Positions 34,470 through 45,175 of a DNA stretch of 64,000 nt are shown piece after piece. The stretch comes from Myxococcota bacterium (GTDB lineage: Bacteria; Myxococcota_A; UBA9160; PR03). Numbering within the stretch: position 1 is the stretch's first letter; every line of letters begins with the position of its first letter. The notes under the pieces were generated by a model. The model saw only the letters and a program-made list of their open reading frames with translations. It made no database searches and had not been told where the DNA came from. Location: the NCBI GenBank assembly GCA_041611735.1, contig JBFIML010000013.1, forward strand, positions 1 through 64,000, given 5' to 3'. A program made the translations under genes and the position numbers.

Positions 34470-35356
34470 GGCCGGCCCCCCCCCGGCGCGCTGAACAGCC
34501 GGAAGAAGTCGCTGCTCGACGGCAGGACGAGGGTAGTCTGCTTCCCGATGCTCTTGCGATACGCCTCCAGGCGCCGCACGAAGCCGTAGAACTCGGGAGC
34601 CTGACCGTGCGCGGCCGCGTAGATGCGGGCGGCCTCGGCGTCCCCCTCGCCGCGCAGCGTTTCCGCCTCGCGACGGGCTTCCGCCACCAGCACCCGAGCC
34701 CCGCGGTCCGCCTCGGCCCGGATGCGCCGCCCCTCCTCGTCGCCCTCGGCGCGGTACTTGCGGGCCAGGCGCTGGCGATCGGCTCGCATGCGCGCATAGA
34801 CGTTCTGCTCCGTCCCGGTCGGCAGCTCGGTGCGGTTGATGCGCACGTCGCGAACCTCGACCCCGAAAGCCACCATCTCCTGGTTGCTCTCGCTGGTGAT
34901 GGCTTGCATGATCTCCAGCCGCGCGCCGGTCACGACCTCCGAGAGCGTTCGCTGGCCGATCAGGTTGCGGACGTCCGCCCGCACCACGCGGTCGATCTGG
35001 AGCTCCGCCTGGTCCCGCCCGCCCGGGAAGGCGGCGTGGAAGACCAGCGGGTCCTCGATGCGCCAGACCACGTAGTTGTCCACCACGAGCCGCTCCTCGT
35101 CCCGGGTCTGGATGGGAAGCGGCTCCGTGTTCAGGTAGAGCAGCCGGCCGTCGAAGGTGCGCACGTCGGTCACCAGCGGCCAGCGCAGCGAGAAGCCCGG
35201 CTCGGTGCGCACCGCGGTGGGCTTTCCGAACAGCAGCACGAGCTTCTGCTCGCCCTCTCGGGTGATGACGACCGGACCGACCCCGGCCTCGCCCCCCCAG
35301 ACCAGCACCCCAGCCGCCACCCCGAGCACCAGCAGGGCCAGCACGAGACGCCTCAT
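34466..35356 (-). CDS. hflC: FtsH protease modulator HflC
   Basis: SPFH domain; VVDNYVVWRI, RMRADRQ, FYGFVRRLEAY. Confidence 0.9.
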   Translation of the reverse strand: MRRLVLALLVLGVAAGVLVWGGEAGVGPVVITREGEQKLVLLFGKPTAVRTEPGFSLRWPLVTDVRTFDGRLLYLNTEPLPIQTRDEERLVVDNYVVWRIEDPLVFHAAFPGGRDQAELQIDRVVRADVRNLIGQRTLSEVVTGARLEIMQAITSESNQEMVAFGVEVRDVRINRTELPTGTEQNVYARMRADRQRLARKYRAEGDEEGRRIRAEADRGARVLVAEARREAETLRGEGDAEAARIYAAAHGQAPEFYGFVRRLEAYRKSIGKQTTLVLPSSSDFFRLFSAPGGGRP

Positions 35357-36342
35357 CGCTCGCCCCCCTTCGACTCGCCACCCAGCAGGGGAAAGTGGGG
35401 CAGCACGCCGCTGCCGGGCTCGATCACCACCAGCCGCACCGAGGGCAGCACCTGCTCCATGGTCTCCAGGTAGAGCCGCGTTCGCACCACGTCCGGCGCG
35501 CGTTGGTACTCCCCAGCCAGGGCCTGGAAGCGGTTCGCCTCTCCCTGGGCTTCGGCCACCAGGGCCTCCCGGTAGCCGCGCGCCGACTCGCTGAGCTCGA
35601 TGGCCTCGGCCCGCGCCTTCGGCAGCACCTCGTTGGCGTAGCCCTGGGCCTCGTTCATGGCGCGGCTGCGGTCCTGGATGGCGGCGATCACGTCGTCGAA
35701 GGCGTCGCGCACCTCCCGGGGCGGCTGCACGTCCTGGAGCTGCACGGCCAGGACCACGAGACCCGACTCGTAGCGATCCAGCACGTCCTGGAGCACCGTC
35801 TCAGCTTCCGCCTCCACCTCTCCCCGCTTCTCCGAGAGCACGCCGTCGATGGTGGTGCGCCCGACCACCTCGCGCACCGCAGCCTGGGCTGCGTCGCGCA
35901 GGGTGAGCTGGGGCGAGGCCACCCGATAGCGGGAGGCGAAGGCGTCCTTGATGCGGTACTGCACCACGAAGCTCAAGTGCACGATGGCGTTGTCGCTGGT
36001 CTGCATGGCCGCTTCGAGCAGCTCCGGAGCGCTGGGATCCGGACCCGCTCCCGCGCGATAGCCGAACTCCTCACGCTCGATGGCCGCCACGGTGACCACG
36101 TCGTGCCGCTCCACGGGCGGCGGCAGGTGCCACTTGAGGCCGGGATCGACCTCGGTGCGGACGTACTGGCCCAGGCGCAGGATGACCGCCGCCTGTCCGG
36201 GCTGGAGCTGGTAGACGCCGAGCCAGCCCCAGGCACCCAGGACCCCGAGCACGAGCAGCAGCAGGCCCAGGCTTGCCGCCGTCTGGGCGGCGCCACCGCG
36301 CTGGGACGGCGCATCCCCCTCGGCTCGAGCGCGTCGAGCCAT
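35353..36342 (-). CDS. hflK: FtsH protease modulator HflK
   Basis: PGLKWHLP, VQYRIKD, DAFDDV, RTRLYLETMEQV. Confidence 0.9.
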   Translation of the reverse strand: MARRARAEGDAPSQRGGAAQTAASLGLLLLVLGVLGAWGWLGVYQLQPGQAAVILRLGQYVRTEVDPGLKWHLPPPVERHDVVTVAAIEREEFGYRAGAGPDPSAPELLEAAMQTSDNAIVHLSFVVQYRIKDAFASRYRVASPQLTLRDAAQAAVREVVGRTTIDGVLSEKRGEVEAEAETVLQDVLDRYESGLVVLAVQLQDVQPPREVRDAFDDVIAAIQDRSRAMNEAQGYANEVLPKARAEAIELSESARGYREALVAEAQGEANRFQALAGEYQRAPDVVRTRLYLETMEQVLPSVRLVVIEPGSGVLPHFPLLGGESKGGER

Positions 36343-37125
36343 CTAGAGTCCCGACCGGGTCGGGGTCGACTCTTCCGCAGCCTTGCCGCGCTCGTAGAAC
36401 GGCCGCAGCACGTCGAGCGGCAGGGGAAAGATCACCGTGCTCGCGTTCTCCGTGGAGATCTCCGCCAGCGTCTGCAGGTAGCGCAGCTGGAGCGCCGAGG
36501 GCTCCGAGGCCAGGATCTTCGCAGCCTCCGCGAGACGCTGCGACGCCTCGAACTCGCCCTCCGCATGGATGATCTTGGAGCGCTTCTCGCGCTCCGCCTC
36601 GGCCTGGCGCGCCATGGCCCGTTGCATGTCGGGCGGAAGGTCGATCTGCTTCACCTCCACGGCCCGCACCTTGACGCCCCAGGGCTCGGTCTGCAGATCG
36701 ATGATCTCCTGCAACTTGCGGTTCACGGCCTCGCGTTCGGCCAGCAGCTCGTCGAGCTCCGCCTGGCCGCACACGCTGCGCAGAGTGGTCTGGGCGAGCT
36801 GCGAGGTTCCGTACAGGTAGTTCTCCACCTGGATCACCGCCTTCTCCGGGTGGAGGACGCGGAAGTAGAGCACCGCGTTCACCTTGACCGAGACGTTGTC
36901 CCGGGTGATGACCTCCTGGGAGGGGACGTCCATCACGATCTCGCGCAGGCTGATCTTGACCAGCCGATCCACCACCGGAATGATCCAGCGGAAGCCCGCC
37001 TCCTTGACCCCGTTGTAGCGCCCCAGCCGGAAGACCACGCCGCGCTCGTATTCCTGCAGGATCCGGATGCCGGCCAGCACGAGCGCGATGAGCAAGCCGA
37101 CGAAGATGAACGGAATCGGCAGCAT
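36343..37125 (-). CDS. Slipin / stomatin-like SPFH protein
   Basis: [37 protein letters not shown]. Confidence 0.92.
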   Translation of the reverse strand: MLPIPFIFVGLLIALVLAGIRILQEYERGVVFRLGRYNGVKEAGFRWIIPVVDRLVKISLREIVMDVPSQEVITRDNVSVKVNAVLYFRVLHPEKAVIQVENYLYGTSQLAQTTLRSVCGQAELDELLAEREAVNRKLQEIIDLQTEPWGVKVRAVEVKQIDLPPDMQRAMARQAEAEREKRSKIIHAEGEFEASQRLAEAAKILASEPSALQLRYLQTLAEISTENASTVIFPLPLDVLRPFYERGKAAEESTPTRSGL

Positions 37126-37144
37126 CTCTCTCTCCCTCCTGCGG

Positions 37145-38476
37145 TCAGCGCTCCGGCGGAGCCCGCCGCACGCGCAGGCGCAGCCCTTCCACGCCCGTCA
37201 CCTCGACCCGCTCGCCCGGCGGGATCGACTCGTCCGCCCGGGCCGTCCAGTACTCGCCCCGCACGAAGACTCTTCCCTCCGGCGAAACCGCGGTGGTGGC
37301 GCGGCCCACCAGGCCCAACAGCTCGCCGACGCCGGCGGTCTGTCGGCGCCCCAGGCTGCGCCCCACGGCGAACACCACCAGGGCCGCGAACAGGCCGAGC
37401 GCCGCCACCGCCGGCACCAGCACGGTCCAGAACGAGACCGTCAGGTCGCTCACCTCGGGTAGCCGAAAGAGCATGGAGCCGCCCACCAGGACCAGCCCGA
37501 TGCCCAGGGCGAACAGCAATCCGTAGGACGTGACGAACACCTCGGCCGCCAGCAGCGCGATCCCCGCCAGCAGCAGCAGAAGGCCCAGCCAGGAGAACGG
37601 CAGCAGTTGCAGGGCGATCATCGCGAGGATCAGGCAGGCGGCGCCGACCAGGCCGGGCACGATCAGCCCGGGCTGGTTGAACTCGATGTAGAGGCCGAGC
37701 AGCCCGGCCATGATCAGCAGCACCGCCACGTCCGGGCTCGCCAGCACGTGCAGCAGGCGCGTGAGCGCCGGCATCTCGATGCGGTGCTCCACGGCGCCGG
37801 CCAGGGACAGGGTGCGCTCCTCGCCGGCCACCCGCACGCTGCGTCCCTCCAGCTTCTCGAGCAGCTCGGCCCGGTTCTCCGCCACCAGGTCGATCACGTT
37901 CAGACGCAGGGCCTCGTCCGGAGCGATCGCAACCGATTCGCGCACCGCCTTGACGGCCCACTCGACGTTGCGCTTGCGCTCCTTGGCGATCGATTCGATG
38001 AAGGCCGCCAGCAGGTTCTCGGCCTTCTCGGCCGCGAAATCGCGCGACTTCTCGTCCTCTTCGCCGCCCGGCGCTCCCCCTCCGATCCCGACCGGATGCG
38101 CCGCCCCGATGCTGGTGCCTGGCGCCATGGCCGCCACGTGGCCCGCCAGGGTGATGAAGGTCCCCGCCGAGCCGGCCCAGGCGCCGCGCGGCGCCACGTA
38201 CACCACCACCGGCACCCGCGCGTTCAGGATCGCCTGAATGATGTCCTTGGTGGAGGCGACGAGCCCCCCCGGCGTATCGAGCTCGACGATCAGGGCGGCC
38301 GCGGCCTCGGTCTCGCTCTGGACGATGGCCTTCTGCAGGAAGTCCGAGGAGGCGGGATTGATGGTCCCGGAAATGACCACCACGTTCAGGCGGGCGGCCA
38401 CTGCGGCGGAGGGCAGCGCCGCCAGCGCCGCCGCCAGCACGCCCGCGGCCAGCGCCAGCCACCGCGGTCCGCTCAT
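37145..38476 (-). CDS. nfeD: NfeD-family membrane serine protease (ClpP class)
   Basis: [28 protein letters not shown] region, C-terminal OB fold; adjacent to slipin. Confidence 0.9.
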   Translation of the reverse strand: MSGPRWLALAAGVLAAALAALPSAAVAARLNVVVISGTINPASSDFLQKAIVQSETEAAAALIVELDTPGGLVASTKDIIQAILNARVPVVVYVAPRGAWAGSAGTFITLAGHVAAMAPGTSIGAAHPVGIGGGAPGGEEDEKSRDFAAEKAENLLAAFIESIAKERKRNVEWAVKAVRESVAIAPDEALRLNVIDLVAENRAELLEKLEGRSVRVAGEERTLSLAGAVEHRIEMPALTRLLHVLASPDVAVLLIMAGLLGLYIEFNQPGLIVPGLVGAACLILAMIALQLLPFSWLGLLLLLAGIALLAAEVFVTSYGLLFALGIGLVLVGGSMLFRLPEVSDLTVSFWTVLVPAVAALGLFAALVVFAVGRSLGRRQTAGVGELLGLVGRATTAVSPEGRVFVRGEYWTARADESIPPGERVEVTGVEGLRLRVRRAPPER

Positions 38477-39681
38477 GCGCGGTCCTCCCGCAGCTTCTGG
38501 ACCCGGTCCAGCAGCCGCGCCGCCACCTCGCGCTTGGGCAGCAGTGGCAGCTCCTCCACGTCCCCGCCGGGCCAGACCAGGAAGACCGCGTTGGTGTCCA
38601 CGTCGAACCCGGAGCCGGCCCGGGAGATGTCGTTCGCCAGCATCAGATCGCAGCCCTTGCGGGCGAGCTTGCGGCGCGCCGAGGCGATCACGTCGTGGCT
38701 CTCCGCGGCGAAGCCCACCACCAGGCGATCCCCCTTGACGGCGCCCACCTCGGCGAGGATGTCCGGGTTGCGAGCCAGCTCCAGGGTGAGGCCACCCTCC
38801 GGGCCGAGCTCCTCCTTGCGGATCTTGCGGCCCGCGGGCGTGGCGGGGCGGAAGTCCGCCACCGCCGCCGCCATCACCACGATGGTCGCGCGCGCGAGCT
38901 CGGCATGGACCGCGTCGCGCATCTCGAGGGCGGTCTCCACGTCCACGCGTCGCACCCCCGCCGGCGTCTCGAGAGCCGTCGGCGCCGCCACCAGCACCAC
39001 CTCCGCGCCGCGCCGGGCTGCCTCCGCGGCCACGGCGAAGCCCATCCGGCCCGAGGAGCGGTTGGCCAGCACGCGCACCGGGTCCACGGGCTCCCGGGTC
39101 CCGCCCGCGGTCACCAGCACCACCTCTCCGGCCAGGGTGCGGGGCGCCAGCAGGAGCTCCACCGCCTCGGCGACGGCCACGGGCTCCGCCATGCGCCCTT
39201 CCCCTTCCCACCCGCAGGCCAGGAAGCCGCTCTCCGGACCCAGGAAGCGGATACCCCGCTCGCGCAGGATCGCCACGTTGGCGCGGGTGGCGGGGTGCTG
39301 CCACATGTTCACGTTCATGGCCGGCGCCACCAGGATCGGGGCCCGGGTGGCGAGCAGCAGCGTGGTGACCAGGTCGTCGGCGAGCCCATGGGCCATGCGG
39401 GCCAGTACGTGGGCGGTGGCGGGTGCCACCACCACGGCGTCCGCCCAGTCGGCCAGGGCCACGTGGTCGATGCGGCCCTCCTGCTCGGGATCGAACAGGT
39501 CGGTGCGCACCGACTCCCCGGAGAGCGTCTGGAGCACCAGGGGGGACACGAAGTGGCCGGCCGCCGGGGTCAGGGCGCAACGCACCCCGTGGCCCCGCCG
39601 GCGCAGTTCGCGCACCAGCTCCGGGATCTTGTAGCCCGCGATCCCGCCGCACACGGCGATCAGCAGGCGGCGCTGCGACAT
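38473..39681 (-). CDS. coaBC: Phosphopantothenoylcysteine decarboxylase/ligase
   Basis: GGIAGYK, PAMNVNMW, LACG..GEGRM, NRSSGRMG, VGFAAES. Confidence 0.96.
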   Translation of the reverse strand: MSQRRLLIAVCGGIAGYKIPELVRELRRRGHGVRCALTPAAGHFVSPLVLQTLSGESVRTDLFDPEQEGRIDHVALADWADAVVVAPATAHVLARMAHGLADDLVTTLLLATRAPILVAPAMNVNMWQHPATRANVAILRERGIRFLGPESGFLACGWEGEGRMAEPVAVAEAVELLLAPRTLAGEVVLVTAGGTREPVDPVRVLANRSSGRMGFAVAAEAARRGAEVVLVAAPTALETPAGVRRVDVETALEMRDAVHAELARATIVVMAAAVADFRPATPAGRKIRKEELGPEGGLTLELARNPDILAEVGAVKGDRLVVGFAAESHDVIASARRKLARKGCDLMLANDISRAGSGFDVDTNAVFLVWPGGDVEELPLLPKREVAARLLDRVQKLREDRA

Positions 39682-39718
39682 GCCCGAATCCCTTGAAAAA
39701 CGAGGATCTTGAGCGAGG

Positions 39719-41191
39719 CTAGCCGGAACCCGGGGAATCGTCCACGCGGCGCCGTGACCCGAGCAGCCGGCAGCCGACGGCCAGCCGACGCGCCAGCGCC
39801 CGTGTACCGGGCGCTTCCGCGTACACGCGGGTCACGGGCTCGGTGCCCGAGGCGCGCCACATCACGAAGCCGTCGTCGAGCCCGAGCCGCAACCCGTCCA
39901 CCCGCTCGACGCTGCGCACCCGAGCGCCGTCCAGGCGCGCGGGGGGACGGGCGAGCAGGCGCGCCAGGCGCTCGGTCACGCGCTCGCTGGAGGAGACCGC
40001 CGCCCGCCCGCAGCGGCGCCGCCCGTGCCGGCGCTCGAGCTCGCGCAGCCGCACGCGCAAGGGCGCCCGCAGCGTCGCAGCGAGCTCCGTCAGCAGGCAA
40101 CCGGCCAGGATCCCATCCTTGTCCCGTCCCGCCGCGTCGAGGGCGAAGCCCCCGCTCTCCTCCCCGGCCACGTCGGCCTCCCCGTCTCGCAACGCTCGCG
40201 AAAGGTGCTTGAAGCCGATGGGGAAACGCTGGACCGGGAGGCCGTGGTCCGCCGCCACGCACTCCACCAGCGAGCCGGTGGCGACCGAGACCGCCACCCC
40301 GCGTCGGATGCGTCCGGTGCGGGCCAGATGGTCCACGAGTAGCGCCAGGGCCTCGGCCTCGGAGAGCGGCCGGCCGTCGGCATCGATCACGGCGAAGCGG
40401 TCCGCATCTCCGTCCGTGGCCAGACCCAGGCGCGGCCCGCTCCGGGTGCGCACCAGACGGCGCAGCTCCGCCAGGCGGGTCGTCACGGGGTCCGGCGCGC
40501 CCCCTCCGAAGCGCGGGTCCGGCGCGGCGCGGAGCACCTGGACGGGAACGCCCAGGCGTCGCAACGCCTCGTCCAGCACCCCGGCCCCCGCGCCGTGCAG
40601 GGCGTCGTAGGCGACCGCGGGTCGGCAGGCCCGGAACGGCCTGCGGTCGACGAAGTCGAGCACCCATTCCAGGTAGGGCGTCACCAGATCCACGCCGGCC
40701 CCCGGCACCGGCACCTGCGGAGGCCGCGGGCCCGCCAGGGCGATGGCGGCGAGCCGCTCCAGCTCCCGAGTCTGCTCCGGCGTGGCGGCCCCGCCCCAGG
40801 ACGCCACCACCTTCATGCCCTGGTATTCGGGCTGGTTGTGGCTGGCCGTGAAGACCAGGCCCGCCGCGGCGCGACGTCGGCGCACCGCATGGGCCGCCAC
40901 CGGGGTCGGCACGGCTCCGCGCGCGAGGAGCGCCCGCGCGCCGGCCGCGGCCAGCACACCCGCCGCGGTGCGCGCCAGGTGCTCGCCGAGGAAACGGGTG
41001 TCGTGGGCCACGATCACCCGGGGCCGGGCCGGGCCGGCGCCCAGCCAGGTCGCCACGGCGCGGGCGGCCGCCCGCACGCGCGGGAGGGTGATCTCGTCGG
41101 CCAGGATGCCCCGCCAGCCGCTCGTGCCGAAGCGGATCGGCGCGCCCTCTGCGCCGGGGCGCGCCGCCCCGCCCGCCCCTCGCCGACGCAA
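39719..41191 (-). CDS. Phosphoglucomutase/phosphomannomutase family protein (start uncertain)
   Basis: FGTSGWRG, TASHN, DGDADR, GEESGG, RASGTEP. Confidence 0.9.
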   Translation of the reverse strand: MRRRGAGGAARPGAEGAPIRFGTSGWRGILADEITLPRVRAAARAVATWLGAGPARPRVIVAHDTRFLGEHLARTAAGVLAAAGARALLARGAVPTPVAAHAVRRRRAAAGLVFTASHNQPEYQGMKVVASWGGAATPEQTRELERLAAIALAGPRPPQVPVPGAGVDLVTPYLEWVLDFVDRRPFRACRPAVAYDALHGAGAGVLDEALRRLGVPVQVLRAAPDPRFGGGAPDPVTTRLAELRRLVRTRSGPRLGLATDGDADRFAVIDADGRPLSEAEALALLVDHLARTGRIRRGVAVSVATGSLVECVAADHGLPVQRFPIGFKHLSRALRDGEADVAGEESGGFALDAAGRDKDGILAGCLLTELAATLRAPLRVRLRELERRHGRRRCGRAAVSSSERVTERLARLLARPPARLDGARVRSVERVDGLRLGLDDGFVMWRASGTEPVTRVYAEAPGTRALARRLAVGCRLLGSRRRVDDSPGSG

Positions 41192-41195
41192 GCGC

Positions 41196-41702
41196 CTAGC
41201 GCCCCCGAAGCTTCTCGGTGAGCTTCTTCGCCACGATCGGAGGCACCCACTCCTCCACATTGGCCCCGAAGCGCACCAGCTCCTTGAGCCGCGAGGAGCT
41301 CACGTAGAAGTACTTCTGGCTCGTCATCATGAACAGGGTCTCCACCTCCGGGTAGAGGTGGCGGTTCATCAGGGCCATCTCGAACTCGTACTCGAAGTCC
41401 GAGACGGCCCGCAGACCCCGGATCACGACCCGGGCCCCGATGCTACGCGCGTAGTCGACCAGCAGCCCGTCGAAGCTCGTGATGCGGATGCCCGGCTCGC
41501 CGCCGAGGATTGCCTCGAGGATCTCCATGCGCTCCTCGAGGGTGAAGGTGCCGCTCTCCTTGGCGACGTTCGTGGCCACCGCCACCACCAGGTCGTCGAA
41601 GACCCGGCGGGCCCGCTGGACCAGGTCCAGGTGCCCGTTCGTGATGGGGTCGAAACTCGCCGGAAAGACGGCGACGGTACCCTTCTTGCGCGGGGCACTC
41701 AT
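41196..41702 (-). CDS. coaD: Phosphopantetheine adenylyltransferase
   Basis: SFDPITNGHLD, RGLRAVSDFEYE, VSSS. Confidence 0.95.
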   Translation of the reverse strand: MSAPRKKGTVAVFPASFDPITNGHLDLVQRARRVFDDLVVAVATNVAKESGTFTLEERMEILEAILGGEPGIRITSFDGLLVDYARSIGARVVIRGLRAVSDFEYEFEMALMNRHLYPEVETLFMMTSQKYFYVSSSRLKELVRFGANVEEWVPPIVAKKLTEKLRGR

Positions 41703-42280
41703 GGCTGGCTCGATCCTCCTTCCTCCGAATCCGAACCCGCGGGGGCGAACCGGATGACCCGCGTGTCCCCGTAGCCGCGCTCGTCCAACCGCACCAGGCC
41801 GGGAACCTCCTCGAGCTCGGCGTGGCGCGAGGTCTCCAGGACCACCCGGGAGCCCTGGCGCAGGATGCCCGAGGAAGCCAGCGCCCGCAGGGTCCGGCCC
41901 GCTTCCGGGGAAGCATAGGGCGGATCCAGGAAGACGAGATCGAAGCGCTCCCCGCGGCGCGCCAGGCGCCGGACCGCCGTCGCCGCGTCGGCCCGCACCA
42001 CCTGGCTCGCGGCCTCCAGGCCAAGGGCCGCGAGATTGGCCCGCAGCACCGCGACCACTGCGGCGCTCCGTTCCACGAAGATCGCCCGCTCCGCCCCCCG
42101 CGAGAGCGCCTCGATGCCGAGCGCTCCGGTCCCGGCGAACAGATCCAGCACCGCTACCTCCGCGAGCGACCCCACGCGTGCGAACAGCGCCTCGCGCACC
42201 CGGTCGGAGCTCGGACGCACACCCCGCGCCCCGGGGGAGCGGAGCTGTCGGCCGCGCAAGCGTCCACCCGTCACGCGCAG
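41699..42280 (-). CDS. rsmD: 16S rRNA m2G966 methyltransferase (start uncertain)
   Basis: RVTGG..RGR, RPSSDRVREALF, LDLFAGTGALGIEALSRGA, DPPY; upstream of coaD. Confidence 0.92.
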   Translation of the reverse strand: MRVTGGRLRGRQLRSPGARGVRPSSDRVREALFARVGSLAEVAVLDLFAGTGALGIEALSRGAERAIFVERSAAVVAVLRANLAALGLEAASQVVRADAATAVRRLARRGERFDLVFLDPPYASPEAGRTLRALASSGILRQGSRVVLETSRHAELEEVPGLVRLDERGYGDTRVIRFAPAGSDSEEGGSSQP

Positions 42281-42384
42281 CGGTGCACGTCCTTTTCGTC
42301 GCCGTCGAAGCAGGACGCCTGCACGCGCTTCGTGCAGGCGAGGCCGCCACCAACCCCAGCGTCCTGTTGCGTGCGTGATTCGGC

Positions 42385-42413
42385 TTGCAGTCGGTTGCCT
42401 CGGTTCGTACACT
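42385..42413 (+). promoter_or_regulatory. Possible sigma70 promoter for the HTH gene at 42581
   Basis: TTGCAG-N17-TACACT in the intergenic region. Confidence 0.4.
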
Positions 42414-42580
42414 GCGTGCGCCGCGCAAGCCGCTGTGTCCCGACGGCATCGCCCCGGGACGAGACCGGAGCCACCAACGCAAGTCTGCTAGAAGTTCGAT
42501 CCCGATCGGCCGCGGCCCGATCGGAACCGCGCCGCGGCGGGGGCCACGAGACCCGCGCGGCCCGAGGGGGAGGGGGGCCC

Positions 42581-42820
42581 ATGTCGTCACCCGGGATCGA
42601 TCGTCTCAAGCGCAAGCTTCCCGAGCGCCTGGCCCAGGTGCGCGGCGAACGCTCCCAGCGACGGTTCGCGCGCGACATCGGCGTGTTCCAGCAGAACGTA
42701 AACCGCTACGAGAACGGCACCACGCCGCACATGGATTTCCTGATCCGTCTCGCGGTGCGGGAGAACGTCTCGCTGGACTGGCTGCTGCTCGGCAAGGGGC
42801 GCATGCACCGGCCGCGCTGA
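42581..42820 (+). CDS. Small XRE-family HTH regulator
   Basis: SQRRFARDIGVFQQNVNRYENG...VSLDWLLLGKG; GGAGG RBS. Confidence 0.85.
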   Translation: MSSPGIDRLKRKLPERLAQVRGERSQRRFARDIGVFQQNVNRYENGTTPHMDFLIRLAVRENVSLDWLLLGKGRMHRPR

Positions 42821-42969
42821 CGCGGCCGCCGACGGCAGCCCGCCTCCCAAAGAGGGAAAGTCGCTACCCATGACCCGGGCGGCGTGGGGCGCGGTCCTCC
42901 CCCCGGGCCCAGGCAGCTCCGGCCGCAAGTGACCGGGCTGCGTCCCCATCCAGGCGCACGGGTTTCCGG

Positions 42970-42983
42970 GGCACGGATCTTGC
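42970..42983 (+). promoter_or_regulatory. Sigma54 promoter candidate for the gene at 43041
   Basis: GGCACGGATCTTGC (GG-N10-GC) about 57 bp upstream of the ATG. Confidence 0.6.
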
Positions 42984-43040
42984 GAGGCGAGGCGTCGCCC
43001 GCCACGGCGGGTCCACGCGCCGAGGAGGCCCGTCCCCCCG

Positions 43041-43376
43041 ATGCTCGCGTTCCTCACGCTCGCGCTGCTCGTGCTCACCGCCGCCGACCACTGGACCACC
43101 TATCTGTGCCTGCAGACGCCGGTCCCCGGCTTCGAAGTGACCGAGGCGAATCCCATCGCCGCAGCCCTGTTCGACCACATGGGGCTCGTGCCGGGACTCC
43201 TGCTGGACGGCGCGGTCACCCTGGCCGCGCTCGTCTTCGTGGCCCGCACCCCCCTGCTGCCCCGGATCGTGAAGCAGCTCTTCCTGCTCACCGTGTCCGC
43301 CTGGACGGCGGCAGCGGTGGCCAACAACCTCGACGTGATCGCCTCCCTGGGCCTCTCTCCCCTCGGTCGCTCCTGA
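43041..43376 (+). CDS. Small membrane protein (DUF5658-like)
   Basis: ADHWTTY...EANPIAA...NN motif pattern, 3 TM helices, GAGGAGG RBS. Confidence 0.7.
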   Translation: MLAFLTLALLVLTAADHWTTYLCLQTPVPGFEVTEANPIAAALFDHMGLVPGLLLDGAVTLAALVFVARTPLLPRIVKQLFLLTVSAWTAAAVANNLDVIASLGLSPLGRS

Positions 43377-43569
43377 GCCCAGGACCCGACGCGGGGCGCG
43401 CGCGTCCTAGGAGCCTGACCCAAGACTGGGCACCCGTCCGGACGCCGATCCATCGCCGCTGCCCGCGTTGCGCTGCCTGCACCGTAGCGCCGCTATGGCT
43501 CGGTCGCGCGCCTCGGCAGCGGCGCGTCTCGGCGCCCGGCCCTTCCCACGCCAGTCTTGGGCCAGGCTC

Positions 43570-45039
43570 CTAGTCGGCCCGCCGTGCGGCGCGCCCGCCC
43601 GGCCCGAGGGGGTCCGAGGTCACGAGCACGCGCAGGAACTCGTCCATGGAGCGCATGGCCTGCTCGTCGCTGCCCCGGTAGCCGTTCACGAGCACAGAGA
43701 AGACGACCTCCCGGCCCTGCTGGGTGCGCGCGTAGCCGGAGAGCGCCGTCACCCCGTCCAGGAGCCCGGTCTTGGCACGCACCACGCCGGCGGCTTCCGC
43801 CGCCCGGCGCTCCAGGGTCCCGTCCCCCGCAGCGATGGGCAGCGCCGCCACCAGCTCCGGCCCGAACCCGAAGGAGTCGGCGCCGAGGCGCAGGGTCTCG
43901 ACCAGCAGCCTCGGGGTGAGCCGGTTCTCCCGGGCCAGGCCCGAGCCGTCCACGAGGGTGGCCTGCGAGAGGTCGAGGCCCAGCCCCTCGAGACGCGCAC
44001 GCAGCGCGGTCATGCCGTTGGCCCAGGTGCCGGGCTCCCCGGCCTCGTGGGCCCCCAGACCCTTCACCAGCGCCTCGGCCACCATGTTGTTGCTGTACTT
44101 CAGGAACAGCCGCACGATCTCGGCCAGCGGGCGCCCCGGGAAGGCGAGCAGCTCCGGGGCCGTCGCCGGCGTGGGGCCGAGGCGCAGCTCGCCCTCCACG
44201 GGAATCCCGTTGGCCTCGAGCTGCCAGCGCAGCACGCCGCCGGCATAGGCCGCCGGCTCGGTCACGCTGCGGTAGAAGACCTTGGGGTCGCCCCCCGCGG
44301 GCGCCGTCCCCGAAACGGTCACCCGCTCGCCGCCCGGACGCGCAGCCCGCTCCACTAGCAGGCTGCGACGCTGGCCGGGAGCGCCCGTGGCCGCGCGGTT
44401 CACCAGCTGGAACCAGGGAATCGGGGGATCCAGGCTCACGGCCACGCCCTGCTCCCGGGACGCCGCCGGACGCACCTCCACCGCGAAGGCGCCGTAGTTG
44501 GCCACCAGCGCGCCCACCGGCGCGTGGTAGGCGCGCGCGCCCACCGGCCCCCAGGCCGGGTTCCAGCGCTCGCGATCGAAGAGGGAGTCGTCGAGCACCA
44601 GGTCTCCGCGCACGCGGCGCAGCCCCGCCCGCCGCAGGTCGGCGGCGAGCCGCCACCAGTCCTCGGAGTTCAGGGCCGGGTCGCCCCCACCGCGCACGTA
44701 GAGGGTGTCGACGGCGCCCCGGGGGTCGGGCGGCGCGTCGGCGTGGACCCGCGTCACGAAGCGGTGGGTCGGGCCGAAGGCGTCGAGGGCCGCCAGGGCC
44801 GTGAGGACCTTCTGATTGGAGGCCGGAACCAGGGGACGGCCCGGGGCCAGCTGGTAGAGGACGCCCCCGTCGGCGCGCTGCACGACCAGGGCGCCCAGCC
44901 GCGCACCCCGCAACGGCGCCGCGCCGAGCGCCGCATCGAGGCGCTCGGCGAGCGCGCTGCGCTCGCTCTCAGCACCCGCCGCCGGCGCCATCGCCAGGGC
45001 GACCGCCAGCCCGCATGCCAGACGCAACGCTCCGCGCAT
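43570..45039 (-). CDS. dacB: D-Ala-D-Ala carboxypeptidase/endopeptidase (peptidase S13, PBP4)
   Basis: PASNQK (SxxK), SNN, DGSGL, KTG; signal peptide from MRGALRL. Confidence 0.93.
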   Translation of the reverse strand: MRGALRLACGLAVALAMAPAAGAESERSALAERLDAALGAAPLRGARLGALVVQRADGGVLYQLAPGRPLVPASNQKVLTALAALDAFGPTHRFVTRVHADAPPDPRGAVDTLYVRGGGDPALNSEDWWRLAADLRRAGLRRVRGDLVLDDSLFDRERWNPAWGPVGARAYHAPVGALVANYGAFAVEVRPAASREQGVAVSLDPPIPWFQLVNRAATGAPGQRRSLLVERAARPGGERVTVSGTAPAGGDPKVFYRSVTEPAAYAGGVLRWQLEANGIPVEGELRLGPTPATAPELLAFPGRPLAEIVRLFLKYSNNMVAEALVKGLGAHEAGEPGTWANGMTALRARLEGLGLDLSQATLVDGSGLARENRLTPRLLVETLRLGADSFGFGPELVAALPIAAGDGTLERRAAEAAGVVRAKTGLLDGVTALSGYARTQQGREVVFSVLVNGYRGSDEQAMRSMDEFLRVLVTSDPLGPGGRAARRAD

Positions 45040-45175
45040 GTCTGCTCCGTCGGCGAGCCGGTGCCTCCTCGTGAGCCATCGGCCCGCCCCGGGTGGGTGC
45101 AATCGCTTGACGCGTCTCAACTTATCCGGGAGCCTGCGCCCGAGCAATCCGCGTCCGCCCCCCGCGGAGCCGTGC

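Noticed and set aside
42496-42523. Ninth sigma28-like site, TCGAT-N15-CCCGATCG, before the HTH gene
   Set aside because: Mismatches in both boxes and a competing sigma70 candidate nearby; too weak to count
39690-45110. TCAAG boxes upstream of coaBC and dacB
   Set aside because: No GCCGAT-like -10 box at the 15-bp spacing (absent for coaBC, 22 bp for dacB)
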